From NCBI GenBank assembly GCA_964016885.1, contig OZ024750.1, positions 25,420,001-25,484,000 of the forward strand: a stretch of 64,000 nt of DNA, in the 5' to 3' direction. Under the pieces are notes generated by a model that did no database searches, had not been told where the DNA came from, and was given only the letters and a program-made list of their open reading frames with translations. Below, one piece after another: positions 30,132 through 44,363 of this stretch. The position numbers and the translations under genes were made by a program. The first letter of the stretch is position 1, and each line of letters opens with the position of its first letter. The stretch comes from Eledone cirrhosa. Its lineage: Eukaryota.

Positions 30132-30198
30132 TTTTATTATGCGCATTTCAAAAACAAACATCATCATGCAATAATATTTGTGTTTTCATCAGATAAAA
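30132..30198 (-). ncRNA. Type-I hammerhead ribozyme with long helix II
   Basis: - strand reads ttttat CTGATGA [aaacacaaatattatt gcat gatgatgtttgttttt] GAAA tgcgca TA ataaaa. Palindromic helix III ATGCGCAT and an AUA triplet. Confidence 0.75.
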
Positions 30199-30277
30199 CA
30201 GGAGAACATGATATGAAGGCTAAAAAACACTTGTGGATAGTGCAGTTTTAAATCAACATATATATATATATATATAT

Positions 30278-30602
<325 letters not shown>

Positions 30603-31090
30603 AAATGTGTGTAATCCTTGGTACAGTTAGGTATATTAAGACAGGGGGAAGAAAAAATGGCTTCACTTGTGCTTTCAACAAATTTATTTTCTTCATAAAA
30701 TCCAAAAAGAACTTTTCTTAAAAAAAATTATTTTATAAATTAAGTTGTTGGTTGTTTACTGCTATGAACACTTTTTCAACACACCTACACCCATGCACTT
30801 ATTAAAGGGGGAGAAAAGAAACCCCTACCACACCACAGACATGTTAAATCCTTATATATAGAACAACACACCACATACAAATCAGTTTGACAAGCGCACC
30901 TCAGCGTGAAAGGTCTTTCTAAAAACGAAACAATACCTCCTACGTTAACCAAGAACTCCTAAGACCTAACTAACAACCAACAACTTAATTTATAAAATAA
31001 TTTTTTTTAAGAAAAATTCTTTTTGGATTTTGTGAAGAAAATAAATGTGTTGAAAGCACAAGTGAAGCCATTTTTTCTTCCCCCTGTCTT

Positions 31091-31130
<40 letters not shown>

Positions 31131-31193
31131 TATATACACATATATATATATACATATATATATACACATATATATATATACATACATATATAT

Positions 31194-31282
<89 letters not shown>

Positions 31283-31285
31283 CAT

Positions 31286-31330
<45 letters not shown>

Positions 31331-31561
31331 CCATAACGCACCAGACTATTCGATACTTAGCGATGTACAGTGGGTAATAGGAAAAGAGTCAGGACCCCGA
31401 CGGCTGAGCTCCGGCCGTTTCGACAGCTAGCTCTATATTGAGCCGTCAACTATGAAATTTGTAGAAATTTGTAGAAAAAAAAACAAAACAAATTTATATA
31501 TATATATATAAACATGAAGTACAAGTCAACAGGTTATAATTAACTTCGTTTATTCATAATC

Positions 31562-31620
31562 GCTGTTGTATATATTTCGGTGGTAAATGTTATGCAACAG
31601 TTATGACCTCATCAGACAGC
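31562..31620 (-). ncRNA. Hammerhead-like motif with C at position 16.1
   Basis: - strand reads gctgt CTGATGA ggt...acc GAAA tatata CA acagc. Confidence 0.62.
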
Positions 31621-31900
31621 TAAAAGTTGACCAGAAAAGAGAGAAAAACATAAAGTTGAAATAAACTTGCTTCTGTTGTTTCGATCCACTGATATTTGGT
31701 GTTGCTTTCTCAAAGCACCGGTATATATATTGTGTGGCCAAGTTCGACTCATGAATGGTTTACCATATCGGTTCACTACCTCACCAAACACTGGAGTCAA
31801 TAATAGGATAACAAACAATAACACAGCAAGAATTTATTTAATTTTCCAAATAAACAAATTTATAGAACTATGAAGTACTAAGAACCATTTTAAAGACTTT

Positions 31901-32089
31901 ACGGTGGTGGATTGGCAGTATCGGTAGAGGGTCGGCCGCCATGCTTTGCAGCAAAGAGTTACGGCCCTTTATGATCTGAATTCAAATGCCGCCGAGGTTA
32001 ACTTTGCCTTTCATCTTTACGGGGTCGATAAAATAAAGTACAAGTAATACAGCAGGATAATTGCTGGCCTTGTGCCCAAAGTAGAAACG
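31901..32089 (+). mobile_element. SINE family A copy with target-site duplication
   Basis: Consensus match with TAAAGACTTTAC on both flanks. Confidence 0.88.
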
Positions 32090-32889
32090 ATTATAAAGAC
32101 TTTACCTACAATTTTAAAGTTAAGTGTAATAGAGTTGCTTCCCTTGTTTTAATATACTTGGCGCAAAGCTGTAATGTGACGACTTATTAAACGTTTTGTA
32201 TCGCTGTATCAATCTGCGAAGCCCAATAAAAGTTCCTTTAAACATCTTTTTTTTCTTTTTTTCTGTTATATATATACATTGTGTTTACATAATTATGTAA
32301 AATAAAAAATATACCCATAGAATATATTATGACAACTATTTTTAGTGTGTCCTTCCTTTTTCTAATGAGGGATGATTTGTAGATTTGACTGGTATTTCTA
32401 ACAGGTCGAGTAATCACATAAAAGTACCCTCACACAATCTCAAATTTTTGAATAGAAGAATATTTATTTAAAGAACAGAAATTGTAAAGTGCATAGCTCG
32501 GCGATCAGAGAGTCACTCCAGATAGAGCCTCTACTTCTCTGAATTGAGAGATCACAGCTCCGATATTATGGGCATGTGATTAGATTGTCTCAGGAAAGAA
32601 TCACTGAACAGATTTCATGGGCAAAACCAACAGGTAGGAGTTAGACCCTGAGCAAGATGGTTGGATAACATCCATGCGAATAACAATATTTGGTTTAGTC
32701 AACAACAGTCAAATAGTTAATAGCTTACTACTAATATTTGTATTACTATTTTTATTGGTTTACTGTTATTCAGCAAAAAACGACCCTACAAATGTTATCA
32801 CATGTCACAGCTTTTAGTAAATTTCTTTTTGAAAATAACTTTTCAGATTTTTAATGATGTTTTCTTCTGGAATAATTTCAAATATAAAA

Positions 32890-32937
<48 letters not shown>

Positions 32938-33125
32938 TCTTCTGGTCTAATAGTAGCGTGTGTATGTATCATCATCATCATCGTTTAACGTCCGTGTTCC
33001 ACGCTTGCATGGGTTTGGACGGGGGTTTTCCCACTTGAGGCAAGAGTGATTGTCTTGCTCGCATAGGACTGCCTGGCGGGTTTTCTACAGCTGGATGCCC
33101 TTCCTAACACCAACCACATTTACAG

Positions 33126-33160
<35 letters not shown>

Positions 33161-33622
33161 TCTACAGGTCTAGTATATATATACAAGATGAGTATAAAGT
33201 CTTTGAAACCACAAAACACACAAACACACTGAGCTTCTTGTTTCATAGATGTTATTGTGTTACTGAAAATTACCACTACTTCCTGTTGAAGAGAAAATAT
33301 AAAACATGTTCAGAAAAACTTTAAACATTAAATTTATAAATTAAAACAATGAAATAGTAAAATCTCAAATAGTATCCGAGATATGGTATTTTATAATCAG
33401 GGAAAGACTTTATGCTCACCCTGTGTGAGTGTGTGTATATATATATATATGTGTGTGTGTGTATGTGTTAGGTAATTCCGAAGGAAAAGCAAAGGAATAA
33501 AGAGTGCTCTATGTATAGAACAGAGCAATTTAATTAGAAAGTGAACAACACAAAATAGTTATATTTTGTGTTGTTCAATTAAATCATCATCATCGTTTAA
33601 CGTCTATCTTCCACGCTAGCAT

Positions 33623-33659
<37 letters not shown>

Positions 33660-33808
33660 TATATAGATGGATTGTAACGTCAAGTTACTGTAGGTTCACC
33701 AAAGTGAGTACTCAATGCGTAGTCTGCAGTAGGTATTTTGGGCTTTTACTAAGCAGATTGTAATAATAATAATATGGATATCTTGTCATTATTATTATTA
33801 TCATCATT

Positions 33809-33995
33809 AGGGTGGTGAATTGGCAGTATCGGTAGAGGGTTGGACGCCATGCTTGCTAGCATAGTTACGTCCCTTTACAGTCTGAGTTCAAATCCCGCCG
33901 AGGTTAACTTTGCCTTTCATCCTTACGAGGTCGATAAAATAAAGTACCAGTAATGTACTGGGTAATTTGCTGGCCTTGTGCCTAAAGTAGAAACA
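33809..33995 (+). mobile_element. SINE family A copy
   Basis: Full-length consensus match. Confidence 0.85.
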
Positions 33996-34004
33996 ATTAT
34001 TATT

Positions 34005-34325
34005 ATCATCATCATTTTACGTCCACTTTTCCCTGCTTGCAAGGGTAGGACGGGAACTGATTATGGCTTGATTTCTACAGCTGGATGCCCTTCCTAACAC
34101 CAACCTCATTTACAGCGAGTGCTGGGTACTTTTTTGCCGTGGCACCTCCACGACCACTTTGCAATGGAATGATATGGACTCCAGTCCCTATCATCTCATT
34201 TCTACAGCTGAGTAAACTGGAGCAATGTGAAATAAAGTGTCTTGCTCAAGGAAACAACACATCACCCGGTCTGAGAATTGAACCTTTCGATTGCAAGGCC
34301 AATGCTCTAACCACTAAGCTATGTG
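34005..34325. mobile_element. Composite repeat: (CAT)n-ended LINE/SINE tail joined to a SINE family B copy
   Basis: About 320 bp, near-identical to 40312-40653. Confidence 0.75.
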
Positions 34326-37300
34326 CACACACACATTTATATATATATATATATATATACAGCCTGCAAGTCTATTAGTTTTGAAATAGAATAGTAATAG
34401 TTATAATAAATTTATTTTAATTTTTTTATGATAAAATGAAGGAAATTTACAAAGTGAAAAATATGCCACAATTTATATCAGGAGTAGTTTATTAACCCAT
34501 AAATAACTGAATTATTTACTAATATTTCCTAATTGTCTGACATTTAACTGTATTCCAAAAATTATATTTGCTCTCTTAAATTTATATTGTAACACAACTA
34601 TGGTTTACAAAAACCTGTTTAACCCTTTAGCATTTAAACCGGCCATATCCAGCCAGAATCCTCTCACCTCTTTCTTTTCAAATTGCGCTGTAACTGGCCA
34701 CTCAGAGTGATGTTAAGGTATTGTTCTCAAAATAAATAATATCAAAATCTCATAGATTCGATATAATGTGAGATAATTATGTAAGATAAAGACTTTTCCA
34801 TGAAAATATAATAGTAAATATAGAGTGATGTAAATACTAAAGAGTTATACAACTCTAAAAAATAGTTTCTCTCTACAATATATAATACTACTGCGAGTGA
34901 AATAAAAAGTTATTTCCCTTTAATAAATGCAGCAAGATTGGTTCTGAAGAAAATTCTGTAAAGGAATAAAGATGGAGACGAATCATTAGAATTTTTAAAG
35001 AATGCTGAATGGATTTATTATATCTTCGTTACTTTTTCTAAATATGTGAAGACATTTTAAACAACTACAGATACAGGAGAACATAAATTAGATGCTTGGA
35101 TTATTGAAATAATTTATAGATAAATTATAAAATACAATTTGAAAGATAATTTATAAAATATAATTTGAAGATAAAATAAAATTTAAAGATAAATTATAAT
35201 TTTCTAAATAATTTACAAAATATAATTTAAAGATAAATTATAAAATATAATTTTAAAATAATTTACAAAATATAATCTAAAGATAATTTATAAATTATAG
35301 TTTTATTGTAAATCATAATTTGAAAATAAATTATAAAATGTAATTTAAAGATAAATTATGAAATATAATTTAAAGATAATTCATAAAATATAATTGTTGA
35401 AATATTAAAATAATTTAACATAAACTTAACATTACGCATTTAAACTGGCCACGTCCAGCCAGAATTCTCTCACCTCTTTCTGTTCAAACTGGCCAAAACT
35501 GGTTACTCATACTGACATTAAGGTATTGTTCTCAAAACAAATGACATCAAAATCTCAGATTCATTATTATGTGTGATAATTATGTAAGAGCTATGTAAAT
35601 GTTAAAGGGTTATTTTTTAAGAAATAGTTGCTTTCTAACATGCAAGAAAACAGTTTATCGTTGCACAATGAGATTATTTCAACTCTGTAAACTAACAAGG
35701 ATAAATTATTAAATTTAACTATATTATATAAACAAATAAGGAACAATTGTAATTAGGTTTAAATAAAAATATATAAAATAAAAACAAAACAAAATATAAA
35801 TAAATAAATAAAATTTATTTATAAAGTTTTTTATTTTTTTATTTTCATAAAAAAAAAAACACAAACAAAAATGAAGAAGCAAAATTTACACAATGAAGTA
35901 AATTCTCTACAGAAGCATCAACAATGTCTTGTATTTACCATTACATATTATGTAACAATGTACTCTAATTATTACATATAACATAACAAAGTACAGTAAT
36001 TATTACACATTATGTAACAAAATACTCTATTTGTCATTACATATTGCATAAAAAAGTACAGTAATTGTCGTTACATATTGTGTAACATTGTACTCTAATT
36101 ATTATTACATATTGTGTAACAAAGTACTCCATTTATTGTCATTACAAATTATGTAACAATGTAGTCTAACTGCCATCACAAATTATGTTACAAGGTTCTC
36201 TATTTATCAATACAAATTATGTATGTAACAATGTTCTCTAATTACCATTACATATTGTGTAACATATTCTATTTAACATTACGTACTGTGTAACAATGTA
36301 CTCTATTATTACATATTGTGTAACGCCGTCCTCTAATTGCCATTACAAATTATTTTTGTAATCCTTCATCATCCATTTTATTTCAGGCTATCTTTGCTTT
36401 CTTCCAGGGTTTCTTCAAAATACTCACAAGGTTCACTTTTCATTCAATAACTTCAATATTCAAATAAATACTAAAGGAAACCAGATTTTTAAAATTCTTC
36501 TTTTCATTGTTTTGGCTTCCATTTTTCGTCTTTCTTCATTTGTTCCACATGAAATATAATATGTCTATATTTTTGTTTAATTCTTGGCATAAATTGTTTA
36601 AAGTATTCTATTATGTAAGTTTTTTTACTGATAAGTGTAAGTAGATAAGTTTAGCTGTGATCTCTGTTCAGGATATTCTATTTCCCAACTCTTACTATTA
36701 TTAGAAGAAGAGTTTTAAACACTAATACATACTTTAAACCTCAATAGCTAAACATTTCCCAGATGTAAATGAATCCATCTTTATTCAAACAGAAACAGAA
36801 TCTCCACAAGAATTTTAACAAACTATAACAATAAAAAGTGCCAAGGTGGATGCTAATAATAAAAAATATGAAGATGAAAATTAGAACATGATAAGTTCAT
36901 AATCACAGTTTCTCTATATAGTTAATCATATTTCAAAGTCTCATAAATAATTTTAGAAGAATACACATATATCTGAAGACTTGCTATATGAAAACCAAAG
37001 AAACAGAAACTTTAGTATCATGGAAGTCTTCAGAAATAAGTATCAGCAACTTCTATTATTGTAGTTTTATTATAGAAATCATTTTAGATACAATTCAAAA
37101 ATATATTGGGTTTTCACCTATATTTACTGTTATAAATAAACATGATTTTTTGTTCTTTTATTCCTTAAAAAAATATATTCTCCATCTTATTTTAACTACC
37201 CAGTTTCAGTAACATATGAATATGAATATACACCTACTACAACATTATCTAGAAGGTTCCTCAATGAAACAACATAACACAAACTTATAAAACAACAGAC

Positions 37301-37362
37301 GATAACATTTTATTATAACAACAATAAAACAAATTACTATATATATATATATACATACACGC

Positions 37363-37408
<46 letters not shown>

Positions 37409-37932
37409 TATATATAATATATAGGCAGAATAAGAGAAAATTGCCTTATACTTCAAAATACCTTGCTTTTCGTGCCAGAAAAGATTTTTATTTAAAAAAA
37501 AAAAAAGCAATTATAAATGTTTATTTTCAGTTGAGAGATTAAAAAAAAATCATGCATTTAAAATGGAGGAGAGGAAATAACTCTTTTAAAATGGAAGAGA
37601 AAATATATCTCTTTTAAAATGGAGCAGAGAAAATATCTCATAGAAAGCTAAACATTGTTTTATTTTTATTTCTTAACAGTAAAAGTAGTTCAACTGTTTG
37701 TTTTTCTTTTCAATCATAAAAAGTATCAATTAAATTAAAAGGTAATTTTTTTTTATACATTTCAATTCTTTTGACCTGCACTCAACTTCAATTTCTGTTT
37801 CATTATAAGAATGAGACAAATCTTATTATATATTGAACTGTAGCCTGGGTAACTTACATTTAAAAAAATTCCTGCTACTAATTCCACTCAGCTAAGTTGA
37901 AATGAGACAATGGTGAATTACATGTCCCAGCG

Positions 37933-38290
37933 ATATACCTGTATAGTAATATACCTGTATAGTAATATACCTGTACACAGCAATATACCTGTACAGTAAT
38001 ATGCCTGTATACAGCAATATACCTGTACAGTAATACACCTGTATACAGATAGATACAAGTCAATATACCTGTACACAGCAATATACCTGTACAGTAATAT
38101 ACCTGTACAGTAATGTACCTGTATATAGCAATATATGTGTACAGTAATATACATGTACAGTAATATACCTGTATACAGCAATATACCTGTACAGTAATAC
38201 ACCTGTACAGTAATATACCTGTACAGTAATATACCTGTACAGTAATATACCTGTATACAGAAAGATACCTGTGTAGCCAGATACCTGTAT
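37933..38290. repeat. 16-18-bp minisatellite
   Basis: CAGTAATATACCTGTA(TA) units. Confidence 0.9.
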
Positions 38291-38458
38291 CAAATATGAA
38301 CTAATGACTCATGTGCTGGTTAATACTTTATCGGTAAATCTAGCAAAGAAATGGACAGAAATATTTATATTTAGCAACTCTCAATTTATAAGAAGTATTT
38401 ACATTAAAACCTAATCTATGAATCAACTCTTAATTCACAACACATATTTATATTAACA

Positions 38459-38688
38459 TTTAACCCTTTAGCATTTAAACTGGCCACATCCAGCCAGAAT
38501 TCTCTCACCTCTTTCTGTTCAAACTGGCCGTAACTAGCCACTCATACTGATGTTAAGGTATTGTTCTCAAAATAAATAATATCAAAATCTCATAGATTCG
38601 ATATTATGTGAGATAATTACATGAGGTAAAAACTTTACCATGAAAATACAATAGTAAATATAGAGTGATGTAAATGCTAAAGAGTTAA
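38459..38688. mobile_element. piggyBac-type MITE (TTAA target), about nine copies in the window
   Basis: TTAA-CCCTTTAGCATTTA ... TAAATGCTAAAG(A/G)G-TTAA. Other copies at about 15045-15150, 22035-22197, 34619-34847, 35430-35613, 44013-44363, 44780-44985, 49439-49653 (inverted) and 56047-56243. Confidence 0.82.
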
Positions 38689-40311
38689 TCTATAAAGTAA
38701 ATCTCAATTTATAAGAAGTGTTTATATTATTATATAACCTATGAAAATAAGGAACAATAAAATATATTATTAGGTGTGTTGTAGTCAAACCAGTTCTTTC
38801 TAACTGTTGTTTTAAGCAATGGCCCTACTTAGCTTTTAACAAAATAACAAAGACATCCATGGAAGGGGCTGTATTTCTATAAATTAATTAAACTAGAAAA
38901 GTAAAGTAAATTATCAAAATTAACAATTCCACTCAAGTCTTTTGTTATAAATAATCTAATTAGATGATAAAAGAGAAAAAATTAATTAAAACTTAATTTT
39001 TATATTAGTGTTACCTTTCTCATTGGGGGAGTTGTTTTCAGTAAGTTTTGTTTGTATTTTTATATTTTTATGAGGGAGCTTTTTGGTGTTTTGTTTCATT
39101 TTGTAACCTTTTTAATGAGAGATTTTCTTGTTTTCTTACTAATTAACACCTCACTAGATCAATAATAAATAAAGTTAGAAAGATATGTGTAATACAGATC
39201 AATAATTTAAACATTTTAGAGATAGAAAATGTAAGAATATATAAACATATAAATATAAATGGATGATAATTGAGACAGGTGAGCCACAGGTAAAACACTG
39301 GTGACACACAGGTAAGCCACAGATGACACACAGGTGACACACGGGTGAATCACTGGTGACACACGGGTGACACACAGGTAAAACACTGATGACAGGTGAT
39401 CTTAACTTGATTGGAAGAAATAATTGTTTACAAAGAGGAGGGAGCAGTTCTTAATTATAAAGAATCAACAACTCATTAGTTCAGAATTAAACACACACAC
39501 ACATACACTACATATACTACACATACACTACACATATATACTACACCACACACACACATGCACAACACCCACACCACACACACATGCACACATACACTAC
39601 ACAACATTATACACACACTACATCACATCACATCACACTGCAACAGACATCACACCACATCATACACATCTATCTACAACCAACATCACACTACATCAGA
39701 CCCACACTACACCACTCCACACTACACTACACTACACCACTCCACACTACACCACACACATCTAAAACCTTAATATTAAATCTAGTAATCTTTCTCTACT
39801 GGAAGAATATGAATTTTGCAAAAATGATTTTTTTTAAAAATCAATTAATGAGGTAGTTTGAAGTAATAAACATCTAAAGTAAATATGAAGTGATGATGAT
39901 GATGAAGAATAAAGTAAGACCGAGGTTAGGGAAGAAAGTAAGATCAAGGCTAGAGAAGAAAGTAAGACCCAGGCTGAGAATAAAGTAGGACGAAGACTAA
40001 GAAGAAAGTAAGACCAAGGCTAGAGAAGAAAGTAAGACCAAGGCTAGAGAAGAAAGTAGGACCAAGGCTAGAGAAGAATGTAAGACCAAGGCTAAGAAGA
40101 AAATAAGACCAAGGTTAAGAATAAAGTATATATTAAGAACAAAATGAGATTTCACATTAAGGTTTTTATTGATTATGCACAGTTACGACTGTTTCACGGA
40201 TGGGTGGCTCAAGATAGATGTTAATGTTACAGTCCGAACTCCAGCCCCAATCTACTCATCAAACTTGTTAATCAAGGAAAACCAAAATCAATATCAATAT
40301 ATATATATATA

Positions 40312-40814
<503 letters not shown>

Positions 40815-42137
40815 TAATAATCTATAAGTTAAGTAGTTGACATAAAGGATTTTAAGCAGATATCCACTCACAGTAAAATCTTTAAAATAAATATAACAAA
40901 ACATTGACAATTTGCCTGAAACAAACTTAATACTGAACTGTTGCTGGACACAGGGAAATATGTTGACCTTTTTAAATGTAGCTAGCTTGAGTAATTTAAA
41001 CTTAGACTGTTAATTACTTCTTCTTAAGACACATTAACCCTCTTGGCGCTGTGGCCGACTGAATGCGCGATAGAGTAATATCCCCTTAATGTATAATACA
41101 ATATCAAGGGAAGCAATTGATAAAAAGATTCAGCCTCTAGAAGGTTAAGCTACACACTAAGACAGCTTTTCTTTAGAATCTTTTAAACTCAATATATTCT
41201 CAAAATTGTAACTATTAAATATAAGATGAAAATACAATAGAAATATAAGACACTGGAAATTTAACAAAATAATCCATTAAACTTTCATTAGAACTAACGA
41301 TGATCATTTTTCTCCATATGTTAATTTGTGAAGAAGAAAAAAAGAGGAAAGCGAAAATATCCCCATGTGATAATATCTGAATAAATAGCTATTCAAAGTG
41401 AACGAAACAAGAGGAAAATTTTCTTTGAAAACATGCCTAGGCATTACTCAACATCATAAAGCTCAATCTATTTATTTTTGATAAGATAAACACCAATATC
41501 AGTTAAACATGTGCACTTTTCCTGTGAATAAAAATGTTAAATGGTGATAAATGAACTAAAATAAAATAAAAAATAGCAAATCAGATGATATCCTTGTTAA
41601 CCTATGTTTGATACCTGTACAAACCAGATGATATCCTTGTTAATCTATATTTGATATCTACACAAACCATATGATATCCTTGTTAAACTATGTTGATATC
41701 TGTTATATCTTCATCTAATATTCCTCTTCAGTAAAGATAACTATCAATAATAGTCAACTTCTAAACTATTCTCTCATTATATTTCAACTTTAGCAGATAA
41801 AGTTAAAGAAAGACCTCCCTAAAAGTCATTAATTCCCTGGTACCTTCTTATAATCCCTGTGACTGGTGGCGGTTTACTACTGATTAGTATGTATATATAT
41901 ATATATATATATGTATATATTTAGTTTGAAAAATCAGCAATGAGAATCTCAGAGTATTAATTCAACAGACATCAGCTACAAACTCTACTTTATGTATTGA
42001 GCATGTTTTCCTTCATTTGTAAACACAAATAATATATATATATATATATACATATATATACATTCATATATTATGGATAAATAGTGAGTCTTGTTATTCT
42101 GGAGTTTTACCTGCTCACTCACAGGATCGACAAACAA

Positions 42138-42189
42138 TTGTCTGACGATCCTGTGTGTGCACAGGTGAAATGAAACTCCAGAATAACAA
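42138..42189 (+). ncRNA. Degenerate hammerhead in a fold-back element
   Basis: ttgt CTGACGA t cctgtg tgtg cacagg t GAAA (tgaaa duplicated) ctc ca gaa TA acaa. Confidence 0.58.
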
Positions 42190-42271
42190 AACTCACTACT
42201 TAGCCAAAATAAATGAATTTTAAACTGTACATTGGTATTGAGTACTCTTTTTTCTCATCCATCAACTACAT

Positions 42272-42319
<48 letters not shown>

Positions 42320-43738
42320 GTATATATATATATATATATATTCAGGCAGATACATACACAGATATAAGCACAATATATGACTATTCAATTTAACTTTTAA
42401 AATATTATAAATATTTTAAATTAGATGAGTTTACATACAAAATAGTCAGCATACTGTTAACAATTTTCTTTTTCAAATAGGAGAAAAGAAAGCAATGATA
42501 TCACTGTGATATCGCTCTAGTATCAGTGAGATATCACTGTAATGTCACTGTAATGTCACTGTAATGTCACTGAGATATTACAGTGATATCATAGTTATAT
42601 ATCTATGTAATATCTGTGTAATATCTCTGTGATATCACTGTAATATTGCTGAGATAATACAATTATATATCTGTATAATATTTCTGAGATATTAGTGATA
42701 TAGTTATATAACTGTGTAATATTACTGAGATATCACAGTGATATCATAGTTATATAACTGTGTAATATTACTGAGATATTACAGTGATATTGTAGTTATA
42801 TACCACTGTGACATCATTGCAATATTACTGAGATATTTAACCATACTAATAATATCAATATGGGTGGTAAGAAACTCCCAGGAGAGCTGGACAGCAGAAG
42901 GCCTTCAGAGTAGAAACCCCACTCAAGCCCTTAACTTCTAGAAGTTAAGAAGCTACCTAATCTAATATTGATCAAAGAAGGTTAAAGCTGGCTGGCCAAG
43001 AGAAATCAGAAAAATGAAAGATTTAAAAAGTTTCTAAAGCATATCAAATTTGAATACCAACTGAAGAGTTATATTCTTTATAAAATATACTTAGCTGCAA
43101 TATTCTGAAACTATTATTTAATGAAACTTTAAATAATTATTACCCATTCGAAAAATAAGAGTGAGGTGCATTACGTTAAGTAAAAATACATGAGTGTATG
43201 TATATATATATATATATATACAGCAGGTAACTATGTATAAAATGAAAATACACTGTGTATATATGTGTGAGTGTGTATATATATATGTATGTGAGTGTGT
43301 GTGCACAGATGAATATTCTTGCGTTTATCTTATTAGATTCATAAACAATAAAAAATATATTGTTTTAAGTTGTTGTTTTTTTTCTCTTTTTGTTAGAAGC
43401 ATTAAAACTAGAAGAGATGGAAAGCCAAACTAAGAGCATTAGCAGGGCACAGTTAACCATTGGACGAATTGGTGTTGAAAAAAAGGGGATTAGAAAAGCC
43501 CAAAAAATAGACAAAGGGAGGAGGAAGGGATTTGGAGGAGGGGTGAGATGAAAAATTAAAGGACAATAATGTAGGGCATTAGAAAGGTTAGGTATTTGTA
43601 TCGATTAAATACAAAAATAAAACCACAACAGACTGAAAACCCATCAGGAATATGCAGTAGGTGGATGGCAGGACAATTGCCAAACTTCAACACTAAGCAC
43701 CAGTTTTTTTTTTGTTTTTTTGTTTTCAATAATAAACC

Positions 43739-43860
43739 CTAAGACTTCTTTGCTTTAGGTTTTCCAAAGAACATCCTCTTCACGACAACTCCAATTCCTT
43801 GGATGTACTTCTCAAGAATCTGGTGACGGCGTAACCCAGGATAAAGTACGATGAAAGCCA
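43739..43860 (-). CDS. ARL6IP1: ARL6IP1 last coding exon: VAFIVLYPGLRRHQILEKYIQGIGVVVKRMFFGKPKAKKS*
   Basis: TTTACAG acceptor. PGL..H.I..KY matches human LPGLNQHGIILKY. The C-terminal KAKKS fits a KxKxx ER-retrieval signal. TAG stop. Confidence 0.94.
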
Positions 43861-44012
43861 CTGTAAAGAGAAATATATTTCTATAATGTAACTTTGGTAT
43901 AATTCAATTAGGTACAATAAACTTGGTAAAATATCCTATTTCAACTATTTGCTTTTATCTTTGAATTGCAAATAAATCTTGTAACATTATGTCACATTTT
44001 AACATTTTATTA

Positions 44013-44363
44013 TTAACGCTTTAGCATTTAAACCAGCCATATCCGGCCAGAATTCTTTCACCTCTTTCTGTTCAAACTGGCCATAACCTGCCACTCATAC
44101 TAATGTTAAGGTATTGTTCTCAAAATAGATAATAACAAAATCTCATAGATTCAATATAATTGTTGCTACTTTTGGCACAAGACCAGCAATTACCCAGTAC
44201 ATTACTGGTACTCTGTTTTATCGACCCCGTAAGGATGAAAGGCAAAGTTGACCTCGGTGGGATTTGAACTCAGAATGGAAGCGAGATAATTATGTGAGAT
44301 AAAGCCTTTACTGTAAAAATACAATAGTGTATATATAGAGTAATGTAAATGCTAAAAGGTTAA
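44013..44363. mobile_element. piggyBac-type MITE with a nested, truncated SINE family A (about 44160-44282)
   Basis: The MITE consensus breaks at ATATAAT and resumes at GAGATAATTATGTGAG after the SINE. Confidence 0.8.
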
